A DNA stretch of 64,000 bases from Octopus vulgaris (GCA_951406725.2 OX597827.1:24490001-24554000); one strand, 5' to 3'. Shown: positions 49,566 through 62,126, counted from the stretch's first letter. A program made the numbers and translations. Notes: generated from the sequence alone by a model not told the origin.

Positions 49566-49864
49566 ATGTATGTATGCTTGTGTGTCTGTGTCGGAAACCA
49601 ATAAAAGAATATATATATATATTCTTTTATTTGTTTCAGCCATTTGACTGTGACCATGCTGGAGCACCACCTTTAGTCAAACAAATTGGCCCCTGGACTT
49701 ATTCTTTCAAAGCCTAGTACTTATTCTATCAGTCTCTTCTGCTGAACCACTAAGTTGCCAAGATGTAAACACACCAATATCGGTTGTCAAGCAATGGTGG
49801 GAGGACAAACACAGACACAAATACATAAATACAAACACATATATATACACATATACATATGTAC

Positions 49865-49901
<37 letters not shown>

Positions 49902-50740
49902 CGATGGGCTTCTTTCAGTTTCCATCTACTAAATCCACTCACAAGGCTTTGGTTGACCCGAGGCTATAGTAAAACACACTTGCTGAATGTGCCACGCAGT
50001 GGGACTGAACCTGGAACCATGTGGTTGGTAAGCAAGCTACTTTATTTTATAAAAATTGGCTATGGACTTACCACACAGCCACTCCTATGATATAAATGTC
50101 ATCATCAATCATAATATATATGATGGGCTTCTTTCTGTTTCCGTTTTACATATCCACTCACAAGGTTTTGATCTGCCTGGGATTATAATAAAAAAAAAAT
50201 TGCCCAAGGTGCCTGGCAGTGGGGTTGAACCTGAAGCTTCGTGGGTGGTAAGCAAACTTCTAAACTACACAACCATGCCAGTATACAATACAATTGATTG
50301 TACACCTTTAATGATTATGTCTTAATTTAATTAAATAAAACAGTCTTAAAGAAATGCATGAAAGGTGAAGGTGTGGCTGTGTGGTAAGTAGCTTGCTTCC
50401 CATCCACGTGATTCTGGGGTCAGTCCCACTGTGTGGCACCTTAGGCAAGTGTCTTCTTTAATAGCCTCGGGCTGACCAAAGCCTTGTGAGTGGATTTGGT
50501 AGACGGAAACTGAAAGAAGCCCTTGTAATATAAATATGTGTGTATGTGTGTGTGTGTGTGTCGCCCCCACTTGACAACCAATGTTGGTGTGTTTATGTCC
50601 CTGTAATTTAGTACTTCAGCTGAAGTGTCTGATAGAATATGTACCAGGTTTAAAAAAATCCAATGTACTGGGATTGAGTCATTTAACTAAGATGGTGCTC
50701 CAGCATGGCCACATTTTAATGACTGACGCAAATAAAATGC
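49376..50740. mobile_element. Cluster of family A SINEs in mixed orientation (+49376-49520, -49620-50090, -50120-50280, +50370-50740)
   Basis: Repeated family A motifs. Confidence 0.8.
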
Positions 50741-52699
50741 AATAAAAAAAAAAAGGATTAATGAAAAGAAATTTAGCAAAATTAGTCGGGGGTCTTTGTG
50801 AGAGCTTTTCAAACTAAAAATAATATCCTGCCTGGAATTCCCAAATTTTGTCATATTTTGGTAATTTGAAACAAGATGGGAAATTCCCCCGGTTAAAGAA
50901 TTGTTGAAATAAAAGCTAAAGACACATATAACTGCCTTTGTTGTTTTTCTGAATAGACAGATCTATAGTCCAAAGTGTTCCAACCATAACCACCCCACCT
51001 TTTTACTATTATCTAAGGATTGTCTTATACGTGTGGAAAATCCAATTCGTTGCAAAATTATTCAAATTTATGCAAAAGGCACATAGAGTTATTGTTGTTT
51101 ATCTCCTGGTTTGTTCTGATATCATCAGACAAGCCTACGACCCAAAGTGTTCCAACCATGAAATCCAATTCGGGTAAAATTTGAAGAAGTTCTGGCTGCT
51201 ATTTCTTATAAGTTGCATGACCACATACAGGGTCCCTCAGCTCATCATGCACATTTGTTGTTGGTGTTGTTTAGGGCCTGATCAGCAGAACTATGTTCAA
51301 AGTAGTTCCAACTATGATCACCCCAGAGAGTGAGGAGGCGTGTAGTGTAGTGGTTAGGATGTTAGGCTCACAGTTCTAAGATAGTGGTTTCAATTCCTGG
51401 ACTGGGGAGTGCTTTGTGTTCTTGAGCAAAATACTTTATTTCATGTTACTTTAGTTTACTCAGCTAGCAATATTGAGCAATACTGCAATGGACAGGCCAA
51501 GGAAGAATATATGTACCATGGAAAACAGCTGTCTGTTTGTCTATTTTATTTGGGAATGTAAACATACTGGCATTGGTTGTCAAGCAACGGTGAGGGTCAA
51601 ACACAGACACACAAACATATACACATGCATACAAACATATATATACATGAAGGTTCCCCCTCAGCCACTGTCTATCAAATCCACTCACAAGGCTTTGGTG
51701 CCATGCAGTGGGACTGAACCCAGAACTATGTGGTTGGTAAGCAAGCTACTTTCCACATATCTATATATGTTTCCATCTGTCTGTCTATCTATCTGTCTGT
51801 CTGTCTGTCTGTCTAAGGTTGGGTGAGGTGTGAATGTAGGGTATTTCTAGGGAAGCACTTGACCTGAATACTGGGCTATCAACACTGTTGGGTTCCATGC
51901 CAAAGCAAGAATTCTTCAGGTGCAGAAAATCCATGTTTCATGATGGTTATACTGTAAAATGGGTTTGGCAAAAAGTAAATAAAGAAGAAAACAAAAAAAA
52001 ATTCTTTAACACAACTTTAATTATAACTTATAATTAAAGATGTGTTAAAAAATGTTCTTTCTCTTCTTTTTCCTTCCATTGGATTATCTATCTGTCTGTG
52101 TGTCTGTCTGTCTGTCTTTCTTTCTGTCTTTTTTCTTTCTATCTGTCTGTCTGTCTATCTATACTCATATACGTAAGTAAGCATTTACACATATAAACAC
52201 ACACGTGCACAGATATATATATATATACATATACCTACATAAATAAATACATACATATATATGTGTGTGCGTGAGCACGCACACACACACACATATAGGT
52301 TAATCCATAAAGGTGACAAAAACACAAAATATAGATATTTTTCAAAAGAATTTTAAAAAAATGCAAAACACTTTGAATTCACATCAATTTCTTTTCAAAC
52401 TTTCATTTACATATTAACTAACTATAAACTTATGTTATATAATAGTTAACAAGTAGGTATTATGTCCTTTCAGTGATTTATAGCAGTGCAAGAAACTGAT
52501 ACTAGTTAAAGGATGAGATGGCAAAAATAATAATAATAATAATAAAAAAGTATCAAAAAATATAGAAAAAATACCAGTGTAGTGTAAGAGAACATATAGC
52601 ATGTCATCACATTATCATAATTAATGTGCATATATTAAAGTATACGGTATACAAATTAATATGTATAGATATATATTATGTATGGCTGTTTATATTAGC

Positions 52700-53100
52700 A
52701 ATGTTCAACAGTATATTGCTGTTAATGTAGCAAGGTCTAGTGAAATGTATCTGTTCATGTAGCAGTGCCTAAAATATACAGTTGTTCATGTAGCAATAGG
52801 TCTTTTTTTGTGTAGCAATATCTAAAATATGTAAGGATTTTTTGCTTTTGTTTTTCTTTACATGTAGCGCAAGCTAAGAGTACATAGGATTTCATGTAGC
52901 AGCACCTAAAGATATATGGTCGTTTATGTAGCAATATCTCATTGTCTAACAGCTTGTGCATGTGTGGATGTTCATGTAGTGATATTTAACAAGGTTTGTT
53001 TCTTCATGTAGCAATATCTATAGCTAGGTCTAAACATGAATTACTACTCATGTAGAAATACAATTGCTTAAATTTTGTTTTACATAAATGTTCATGTTGG
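52700..53100. repeat. Degenerate repeat of a TTCATGTAGCA core (~10 copies, variable 25-50 bp spacing)
   Basis: Core recurs at ~52725, 52754, 52785, 52810, 52860, 52891, 52925, 52970, 53003, 53048. Confidence 0.7.
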
Positions 53101-53183
53101 TAAAGTGTGACTATACACACACACATATATATATACATACATATATATATATATATATATATGTATATATGTGTGTGTGTATG

Positions 53184-53220
<37 letters not shown>

Positions 53221-53283
53221 ACATACATATATACATATATACATGTGTGTGTGTGTGTGAGTGTATACATACATATATACATT

Positions 53284-53355
<72 letters not shown>

Positions 53356-53487
53356 TATATACACACACACACACATATGTGTGTGTGAGTGCATGTGACA
53401 ATTCATACAGTGAAAGTTTTACTATTCATGTTGCAAGCCTTGGTCCACATGTGACAATACATGAAGGAATGTAAAATTCTATACAAT

Positions 53488-53544
<57 letters not shown>

Positions 53545-53575
53545 TTATGTATGTATATGTATATATATATGTGTC

Positions 53576-53610
<35 letters not shown>

Positions 53611-53618
53611 GAAAATTT

Positions 53619-53651
53619 AATTGTATACAATTATATCCTCTATTATATATA

Positions 53652-53683
<32 letters not shown>

Positions 53684-53827
53684 ATTAGGGAGTATAGCTC
53701 CAAACTTACAGGGAAAAAATAGATTTAGTATTAAATCAAATTTCACAGTATAAATATATAAAATATGAATTTGCCTAATAGCTGTTTTATCTCTAATTCA
53801 TATTATATATATAAATATATATGTATA

Positions 53828-53924
<97 letters not shown>

Positions 53925-53949
53925 ATAGAGGATATAATTGTATACAATT
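53619..53949. repeat. 31-bp inverted repeat enclosing a fragment related to the 8806-10790 element end
   Basis: AATTGTATACAATTATATCCTCTATTATATA and its reverse complement; internal AACTTACAGGGAAAA...AAATCAAATTTCACA matches the reverse complement of 10712-10770. Confidence 0.7.
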
Positions 53950-54485
53950 GTAAGCTATAAAATATACGATTGCTCCTCTGCAATATAATTTTTCTTTCTA
54001 GTGGAAATTTCTTTTATTTTCATGCTTTCTTTTATGAATAACTGTTGAAATTTTTAATAATGATGATGGGTTTAAAATTCATATAAAAATTTTCATTTCT
54101 CCTTGTTGTTGCAGAAGTTTATCAAACATTTCTTCCTCTAAATTATCATTATCATCATTATTGTTATCATTATAATTATCATTATCATTATCATTATTAT
54201 TACTATTGTTATTATTACTACTATTAACCAAAGATTGAAGGAAAATAAGATAGGTGAAGAAATTCATGTATTGGGGGGAAAAAGCAATTAATTAAATAAA
54301 GTGTATTTAAGTATGTTAGTTGCATTTAGCACAAAATAGTGTATGTATGTGGATGTATGTGGTTGGATGTATGTATGTATATGTATATATATGGATGTTT
54401 GCAGATTCTAGTAGCATGAAACAAAGATTGAATAAAAGATAGCTTAGCGTCTCCTTTCTAGAAAATATTTGGTTGGTAATGCAAG

Positions 54486-55472
54486 TTAGTTTTCGGTCTT
54501 GTTTAGAGAAGGGAGTGCAGCTTGTCGTATAATATCCAATTGTTCAGCTTCCAGACATTTCAAACGGTTGCTTGTAGATTCCCTTGAAGGATAACGATGA
54601 CACTGGAATTTACTAGGCCAGTTAACTCCGGTGATTTCATACAACTTAGCTTTACATGCTGAGAACACTTCCTCACACAATTCTTTGCATGGCACGCGGA
54701 ATCCATCGGTACCTTCATTGCCAGTGCAGAATGGTAAGTAAACGCCACAGACAAAGAAAGCAAGATTTGGTGAGCATTGTGATTTAACAAGTGCTTCAAA
54801 ATTATTCATTTCTATGAAAATCCTTCCTGGTGAATTCTGTAGAAACATGTTAGGTAGGACTCCAAACATATATTTCTTAACTGCAGTATGGTTTGAAGTA
54901 AGGTTTGCACACATTGGAAGGACATTGTGGATACATCTTGTTCCAGTGTCTACAACAGAAGTAACATGACTATCATCTGATGAAGTCATACAATTTTTGG
55001 TTGGGAAATTGGTGCATTTCAGCTCACTAGGCCAGTCTATTCTGTGTCTACTAAAAGTTCTGGAACATTCCTTTTTAGCATCTCTGCACAGAGACCTACA
55101 AGGCAGCATTGGCTTACCTGTTGTAGGGTGGCATTTTGGCAGATAATAACCACATGCCAGCTCCCGGAAATGTGGAGAGCATTCAGTATCCATGTATGCC
55201 CAGAGTGGTTCAACCAGAGCAGACAATTGGCCTTGGGTCATTAAAACTCCTTCTTTTTTCATCGTTAATTGAGTATGTGTATAAGGAATTAAATTCCGGC
55301 ACATTGGCAGCATTATCTCAGCACAGGTTGTCGTGTTGTAAGATTCCACTTGAGTGGGTCGTTTTCTTTTCCTTGACTTTTTCCTCTTTTTCTTAGCATT
55401 TCCTGGCTGGATAACAGCCATAATTAAGAGGGTTGCCAAAAGAAGGTAGATTAAATAATTCTTAGTCAGCAT
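54486..55472 (-). CDS. Secreted protein with two tandem Frizzled cysteine-rich (Fz/CRD) domains, 328 aa
   Basis: Uninterrupted ATG-to-stop ORF. Hydrophobic signal peptide (YLIYLLLATLLIMAVIQPGNA), polybasic KKKRKKSRKRKR, and two 10-Cys domains with CSP..(F/L)xCxxYLPxC, PCxxLC and WPxxxxCxxF/YP motifs. No transmembrane or netrin domain. Confidence 0.93.
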   Translation of the reverse strand: MLTKNYLIYLLLATLLIMAVIQPGNAKKKRKKSRKRKRPTQVESYNTTTCAEIMLPMCRNLIPYTHTQLTMKKEGVLMTQGQLSALVEPLWAYMDTECSPHFRELACGYYLPKCHPTTGKPMLPCRSLCRDAKKECSRTFSRHRIDWPSELKCTNFPTKNCMTSSDDSHVTSVVDTGTRCIHNVLPMCANLTSNHTAVKKYMFGVLPNMFLQNSPGRIFIEMNNFEALVKSQCSPNLAFFVCGVYLPFCTGNEGTDGFRVPCKELCEEVFSACKAKLYEITGVNWPSKFQCHRYPSRESTSNRLKCLEAEQLDIIRQAALPSLNKTEN

Positions 55473-55539
55473 CGTAAGGGCTTAAAGTATCCAAAGTGAT
55501 GAAGGAGTTTTTCAGAATATAGAAATAAATTTCTATGGT

Positions 55540-55692
55540 AGTCTGCAAAAAAGTGACAACTATAACCAGGGAAAGTTGTTCAAGCAAAATCCGTGTTTGT
55601 GGCCTTCAGCTTCAGTTGAAAAATCTGCTTCTGTCTGGGAGTGAAGCAGATAGAAGTAACTAGTGGACCGACTGAATTATTATAGCGTCAGA
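55540..55692 (-). promoter_or_regulatory. Possible core promoter or 5'UTR acceptor of the double-CRD gene
   Basis: Minus strand TGACGC-TATAATAAT (55676-55690), about 200 nt upstream of the ATG; alternatively the acceptor CACTTTTTTGCAG ending at 55543. Confidence 0.3.
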
Positions 55693-56687
55693 GAGACTGA
55701 CTTTAAGTCTTATCTTTGTCTTCCTCAGTGGGGTGAGGACGAGTGTGATAGAATAAATTTGGTTGTCATGCTTGTCATAGAAATATAGCAAGCACTTTTC
55801 TCAAGGAATTTAAAAGAAAAAAAAAATGAATGAATGAAAAAAATATGAATAATGACACCAACAACAACAATAATAATAATAATAATGATAATAAAAAAAA
55901 ATCACCTAAGCAGCATAAATAGGAAGAATAAACAAAGTGAGAAGAGAAAAGAACTAGAAAAAAACAAACATATGACAAAGCAAAAATAAGAATAAAAAAA
56001 AGCTAAAATATAAACTAAAAACCGAAAAAAAAAAAGGAAGCAAAATGCAGATTAAAGATGTTCCTCTCCTTCTCCTCAGAACACATGTGAAAATTGGAAC
56101 CCACTTTCACATTTTATCAGCTTTTTGTGTAAATAAATACTTTATTGTAAACTGTTTGAGTTGACCTGAAAGAAATCTTGTTAGAAATTTTGCTGACATT
56201 TCTGAGATGTGACCAGTCTTGAAGAACAGAGAGGAGAAGGGGAGTGGAGGGGGTGGGGTAATGGTGCAGGTGCTGATGGAAGAAGGCGGCAAAACAGAAA
56301 TGTCTGGAAGAGTAATAGGGGGCGATGGTAGTGGTAGAGTGGTGATGGTGGTGGTGGGTCATGACTCCTGTTCATTAAATAGGTTTATAACTGTTTGTTC
56401 TCTGCTTTGGTTAATAAAATATTGCTGCACATGAGTTGAAATGAAATAAAATGTTTTATGCTTTTATGAAAACTAATTAACAAAATTTGCATATTTTCTG
56501 TATGATTATTGAAAAAAAAACCATTCGTTAAAGACATGAGATTTTTATTTGCTATAGAATCTCGGTCAAAATAATATGACTGCAATTAAAAATTAATTTA
56601 ATATTTTAGTATTAATTTACATTCCTATTTAAATTATTAGGGAAAATATATTATTATTAATAATATTTCTCAAAAATAAATTTTTGG

Positions 56688-56844
56688 TATGGCTGTGTGG
56701 TAAGAAGTTTCCTTGCCAACCATATGGTTCCATGTTCACTCTCATTTCATGGTACCCAGAGCAAGTGTCTTCGACTATAGTTTTTGGCAGACCAAAGCCC
56801 TGTGCCTGGATTTGGTAGATGGAAACTGAAGGAAGCCCATCACG

Positions 56845-56845
<1 letters not shown>
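56688..56845 (+). mobile_element. Family A SINE head
   Basis: ATGGCTGTGTGGTAAG...GGAAACTGAAGGAAGCCC. Confidence 0.75.
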
Positions 56846-56888
<43 letters not shown>

Positions 56889-56889
56889 A

Positions 56890-57498
56890 AGTGCCTTGTG
56901 TGAAGAAGTGTCACTCCCAAACATTTGAAGGTATCAGGGGGAGAGGTAGACCCAGGAAGACATGGGATGAGGTAGTCAAGCATGACCTTCGAACTTTGGG
57001 CCTCACAGAGGCAATGACAAAAGACCGAGATCTCTGGAGATATGCCGTGACTGCAAAGACCTGGGCTGCTTCCTGCACCAGCTTCGCATAGCCCCAGCCC
57101 ATCCAGAGTACCTTGGATTGCAGAAGGACCTGCTGTGCTTATCTTGGATCGTAGGGTGACCTGCTGTGCTTGAGGAGACCTATTGAGTCAAGAACATCAA
57201 CATCAAAATAAATATCAAATGGAAATTGTAGTTGTGATACCTGTGCCGGTGGCACGTAAAAAGCACCATTCAAACATGGCCGATGCCAGCGCCGCCTTGA
57301 CTGGCTTCTGTGCCGGTGGCATGTAAAAAGCACCAACTACACTCATGGAGTGGCTGGCGTTAGGAAGGGCATCCAGCTGTAGAAACACTGCCAGATCAGA
57401 CTGGAGCCTGGTGCAGCCTCCTGGCTTCCCAAACCCCGGTTGAACCGTCCAACCCATGCTAGCAAGGAAAACAGACGTTAAACGATGATGATGATGAT
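56890..57498 (+). mobile_element. 5'-truncated RTE LINE: ORF end plus complete 3'UTR (family B tail)
   Basis: CVKKCHSQTFEGIRGRGRPRKTWDEVVKHDLRTLGLTEAMTKDRDLWRYAV, then contiguous family B sequence to (GAT)n. Confidence 0.88.
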
Positions 57499-57664
57499 GT
57501 GTGTGCATATGTACATGTGTCTTTGTGTCTGGATACCTACCCCTCATGCTGTTCAGCAAAAGAGACTGATAGAGGAAGTACCAGACTTTAAAAACAAAAA
57601 GTAAGGAAGTCAATTCAGTTGATGAAAGATTCTTCAAGGTGGTTCCCCAGTATGGCTGCAGTCT

Positions 57665-58823
57665 GTGATATTGGTAGTAAGTTACCACAGAAAAGTTCTT
57701 TTGTAGGGTGTTGTCTCCAGGAGATATCCAGAGCAGCACAAAGCATTTTTGTATAAGTTACGTCACTTTTCTTTCCAAGACATTTTGTAAGAACCAATGC
57801 TGTACATCCATAAAACAGAGCTGAATGTGCAACCAACAGAAAAAAATTCCACCTCAAATTTGATGAAAACTTAGATTTCCAGACCATCGATAATTTATTT
57901 AAAGTTTCCGCTGAGATTGACTTTGCCTTTCATTCTTTCAGGATTGATGAACTAAGTACTAATCGACTGGCCCCTGCCCCCCAAATTTCAGGCCTTGTGC
58001 CTAGAGTAGAAAAGAATTTATTTAAAGCTTTCCAGCCTTTGCTGAATCAGGCCATGAACATCACTTGTGGACAGATCTTCCTTTGTGATTTTACTTTCAA
58101 GGTATGTGAATTCATCAATGTTTTCCAGGGATTTTCCAAACATGGAGTTTATGTTGCTGCTGTTGCTGTTGCTGTTGAGTGAAGTAGTCTTCGTCCCAGA
58201 GTGGGAGAAGTCCGTAACGTGGTCCTTTGCTATTCGTAAGACCCGCAGAAGAGAAAGCAGGTCAACCCTCGACACTGAGAGCATCGACGGATGGATGAAT
58301 GCACATCCAGGCTGAGCGGTTGCGTAGGAAGTCGGGGACAAGAAACAGGAAGAAAGAGTGAGAGAAAGTTGGAGCGAAAGAGTACAACAGGGGTTGCACC
58401 ACCCCCTGCCGGAGCCTCGTGGAGCTTTAGGTATTTTCACTCAATAAACACACACAACGCCCGGTCTGGGAATCGAAACTGCGATCCTCCGACCGCGAGT
58501 CCACTGCCCTAACCATTGGGGCAATGTGCCTCCACTTATGTTGCTGCTCTGGTTGTACATCATTTATTTTGTCTTGCTTGAGTTGCCATAGAGACCAACA
58601 CCTTTAACAACACTTCCAAGGCTGTACAAGAGAGACTCTGCATCACAAACTGCATCTGTTAGTAGCACTAAGTCATCAGCATCGGTGATAGTCATGGTTG
58701 GAAGACATCTGTCTTTGGCTAGTTGAAGAGTGAATACTTTGTCCTTCATCTCATTTACAGAGGTTCATGTTGGTGCCCTCCGGGGCAACATCTTGCCACC
58801 CTATCTGTTCATTATATGTCCAG

Positions 58824-58828
<5 letters not shown>
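57665..58828 (-). mobile_element. Degenerate RTE-type LINE RT fragment, interrupted by two SINEs, with an inverted 5' tip
   Basis: Minus: TSVNEMKDKVFTL..TITDADDLVLL..VGLYGNSSKTK, LENIDEFTYLESKI, VWKS..LFYGC..YTKMLCAALDISWRQHPTKELF. Plus 58765-58828: GALRGNILPPYLFIICPDY. Confidence 0.78.
58180..58536 (-). mobile_element. Family D SINE nested in the LINE
   Basis: Reverse complement of 44744-45060. Confidence 0.82.
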
Positions 58829-58866
<38 letters not shown>

Positions 58867-59231
58867 TAATATATATCCTAATATAATAATGAGTGTAGTG
58901 TTTTTATATATTTGTATAAATATTTGCCCAGAATCACGCTGGACGTGGAGGAGGAGAGAAGATAGTAATTCAGTGAAGGAGAAGTAGTGAGAGTAATGGC
59001 CCAAGAGAAAGTAATAGCAATGAGAGAAAGGAAGGGGTAATAGATGAATAAGGGAGAAAGGGGTGAAAAAACATCAGCGTTTCAACTGAGTATATGTGTG
59101 TATGCATGTGGGTGTACAAGGGAAGTATGTGAATGTTTGTATGTGTGATTATTATGTACCTTATTTTGTACCTTATTTATGTATAAAATACTACAGTTAG
59201 CCATCATTATTGACAACATGGGGCCAGCTAG

Positions 59232-59272
<41 letters not shown>

Positions 59273-59440
59273 GAAAATTTCTATTTGTAAATTTCTCAAT
59301 GAGAGACATTCAATAAATATTATAGAGTAAAGATTGTTTGCCAACATAATGTGGCAAGCGAATGTTATTTAGCCTCAGAAAACATCATCTCCAGCTGGCT
59401 ATATGACACACTATCTGTGTCCTATATGTATAGATATATA

Positions 59441-59820
59441 TGTGGAAGCGCAATGGTCCAGTGGTTATGGCAGTGGACTTATGGTCATAGGATCGCGGTT
59501 TCAATTCCCAGACTGGGCATTGTAAGTGTTTATTGAGCAAAAACACCTAAAGCTCCATGAGGCTCCAGCAGGGTATGGTAGCAAACCCTGCTGTACTCTT
59601 TCACCCCAACTTTCTCTCACTCTTTTTTTCTGTTTCTGTTATACCTATATTTCAAAGGCCAGCCTTGTTACACTCTATGTCACACTGAATCTCCCCGAGA
59701 ATTACGTTAAGGGTACACGTGTCTGTGGAGTGCTCAGCCACTTGCACATTAATTTCGCGAGCAGGGTGTTCCATTGATCGGATCAACTGGAGCCCTCATT
59801 GTCATAACTGACTGAGCGCC
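59441..59820 (+). mobile_element. Family D-head SINE with a different tail
   Basis: GTGGAAGCGCAATGGTCCAGTGGTTA head, GTTTCAATTCCC B box, tail CCATTGATCGGATCAACTGG. Confidence 0.75.
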
Positions 59821-59867
59821 ACACACATATATATATATGTATATATATATGTATGTATATATGTGTG

Positions 59868-59914
<47 letters not shown>

Positions 59915-60412
59915 ATACGTGGCAGTTGCCAGTGCCGCCTGACTGGCATCCGTGTCGGTGACATGTAAAAGCACCAACCGATCGTGGCCATTTGCCAGCC
60001 TCATCTGGCTCCTGTGCCGGTGGCACGTAAAAAGCACCCACTACACTTACTGAGTGGTTGGTGTTAGGAAGGGCATCCAGCTGTAGAAACACTGCCAGAT
60101 CAGACTGGAGTCTGGTGCAGCCTCCTCCAGAACCCGGTCGTACTGTCCACCCCATGCTAGCATGGAAAACGGATGTTAAACGATGATGATGATATATATA
60201 TATATATTTGTGTGATTGTGTCTTTGTCCCTTCACTTGACAACTGATCTTTGTTTGTTTACGTCCCCCATAACTTAGTGATTCGGCAAAAGAGGCCCATA
60301 GAATAAGTACTGGACTTACAGAGAATAAGTCCAGGGGTCGATTTCTTTGACTAAAAGGTGGTGCTCTAGCATGGCCCCAGTCAAAATAACTGAAACAAGT
60401 AAAAGAATAAAT
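59915..60412 (+). mobile_element. Family B retroposon (59915-60192) followed by a family A tail (60220-60412)
   Basis: Consensus matches. Confidence 0.78.
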
Positions 60413-60709
60413 GAATATGTATATATGTATATATATATATGTGTGTGTGTAAAACAAATATATGTGTATATAAGAAATTAAATAAAGGGAAACCATAAGG
60501 TGATGCAGAAGCACTCAGCTATGAGTGCACTACATCTCATGGCAGAAACAACTGTAAGCTTATGATGTTCCTTAAATAATTTCTTGTTTCCTTATCATTT
60601 ATATAACCTCCTATTGCACTCTGTACTTGGGGCATGTGCATATGAAGTTCTATTATTTGGCTATTAGAATCATTAGGCCTAACTAGAGTATTTAATTAAC
60701 ATATTTAAA

Positions 60710-61087
60710 GCACCATCTGAGCATGATTGTTGCCAGGGCTGCTGACTGGCTCCCATGCCAGTGGCATGTAAAAAGCACCATTAGAGCATGATCATTGCTA
60801 GTGTCGCCTTACTGGCACATGTGCCAGTGGCATGCGAAAAACAACATTCGAGCATGGTTGTTGCCAGTGCCACCAGACTGGCTCCCATGCTGGTGACATG
60901 TAAAAAGTACCCACTACACTCGTGGAGTGGTTGGCGTTAGGAAGGGCATCCAGCTGTAGAAACTTTGCCAGATCAGATTGGAGCCTGGTGCAGCCTTCTG
61001 GCTTGCCAGTCCTCAGTCAAACCGTCCAACCCATGCCAGCATGGAAAGCGGATGTTAAGTGACGATGATGATGATGATGATGATGAT
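60710..61087 (+). mobile_element. Family B retroposon with ~62-bp internal subrepeats
   Basis: GAGCATG.TTGTTGCCAG..GGCATGTAAAAAGCACC three times, consensus tail, (GAT)n. Confidence 0.82.
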
Positions 61088-61606
61088 TCTGTTGTTATAT
61101 GTTTTCATATATGTTAGTTCATATCTATGTGTTCTATATGTATAAACCCATATGTGTATATGTAGTCATATATATTTCTGCATATATATTTGTGTATTTG
61201 AATGTGCATATGTCTCTATGTGTGGCTGCAAAATGCCCTCATACAGACAAACTCATTGTTTTTTTAAAACATTAAATAAAAGTCTTATTTAAAAACATTA
61301 CTTCAGTAGCAACACAGTTTCATGACTTTGCTCATGTCGAGTTTAAGATGTTTATAGTATTATCGCATGAAGCAGATATGAAATCAAAACACGAGCTTGA
61401 AGCAGCTGTTATTGCATGCGTTGTTCACAAAGGTCTTTAAACAGAAGAATATAAGGACAAGCATTTTCTTCAAAGTTTGATTTTATATTTCAGAAGATAT
61501 TCACTCAGTGGATATTTCCGAAGACAAACTGTCATGGTTTACCAAGTGATGATTAGAAGTGAGTGGCTCTGAGTACTAGAAATTGGAGCCTTTTAGTTAT
61601 AGAGAG

Positions 61607-61649
<43 letters not shown>

Positions 61650-62025
61650 GAAGCACACACACATACAGAATCCTACACACATGCACACACACAGGCATAC
61701 ATACAGGCACATAAACCCATGCACATAAGCACAAACACAGAGGCACCCACACACACAGAGGCACACACACACATGCACTTACATACACATAAACACGCAC
61801 ACAAATACACATACACATAAGCACACACAGATACACACACACATGCATGCATTCACACACTCGCACACAAACATACACACACACACACAGAGGCACACAC
61901 ACATACACACATGCACAAACACATATGCATATACAGTAGTGAAAAGATTTGATAAAAAAATTCATTCCATGTGGTGAATTAAAGGGAAAAATATAAAACG
62001 AAGCAAAATGGACAGAAATTTTATG

Positions 62026-62126
<101 letters not shown>

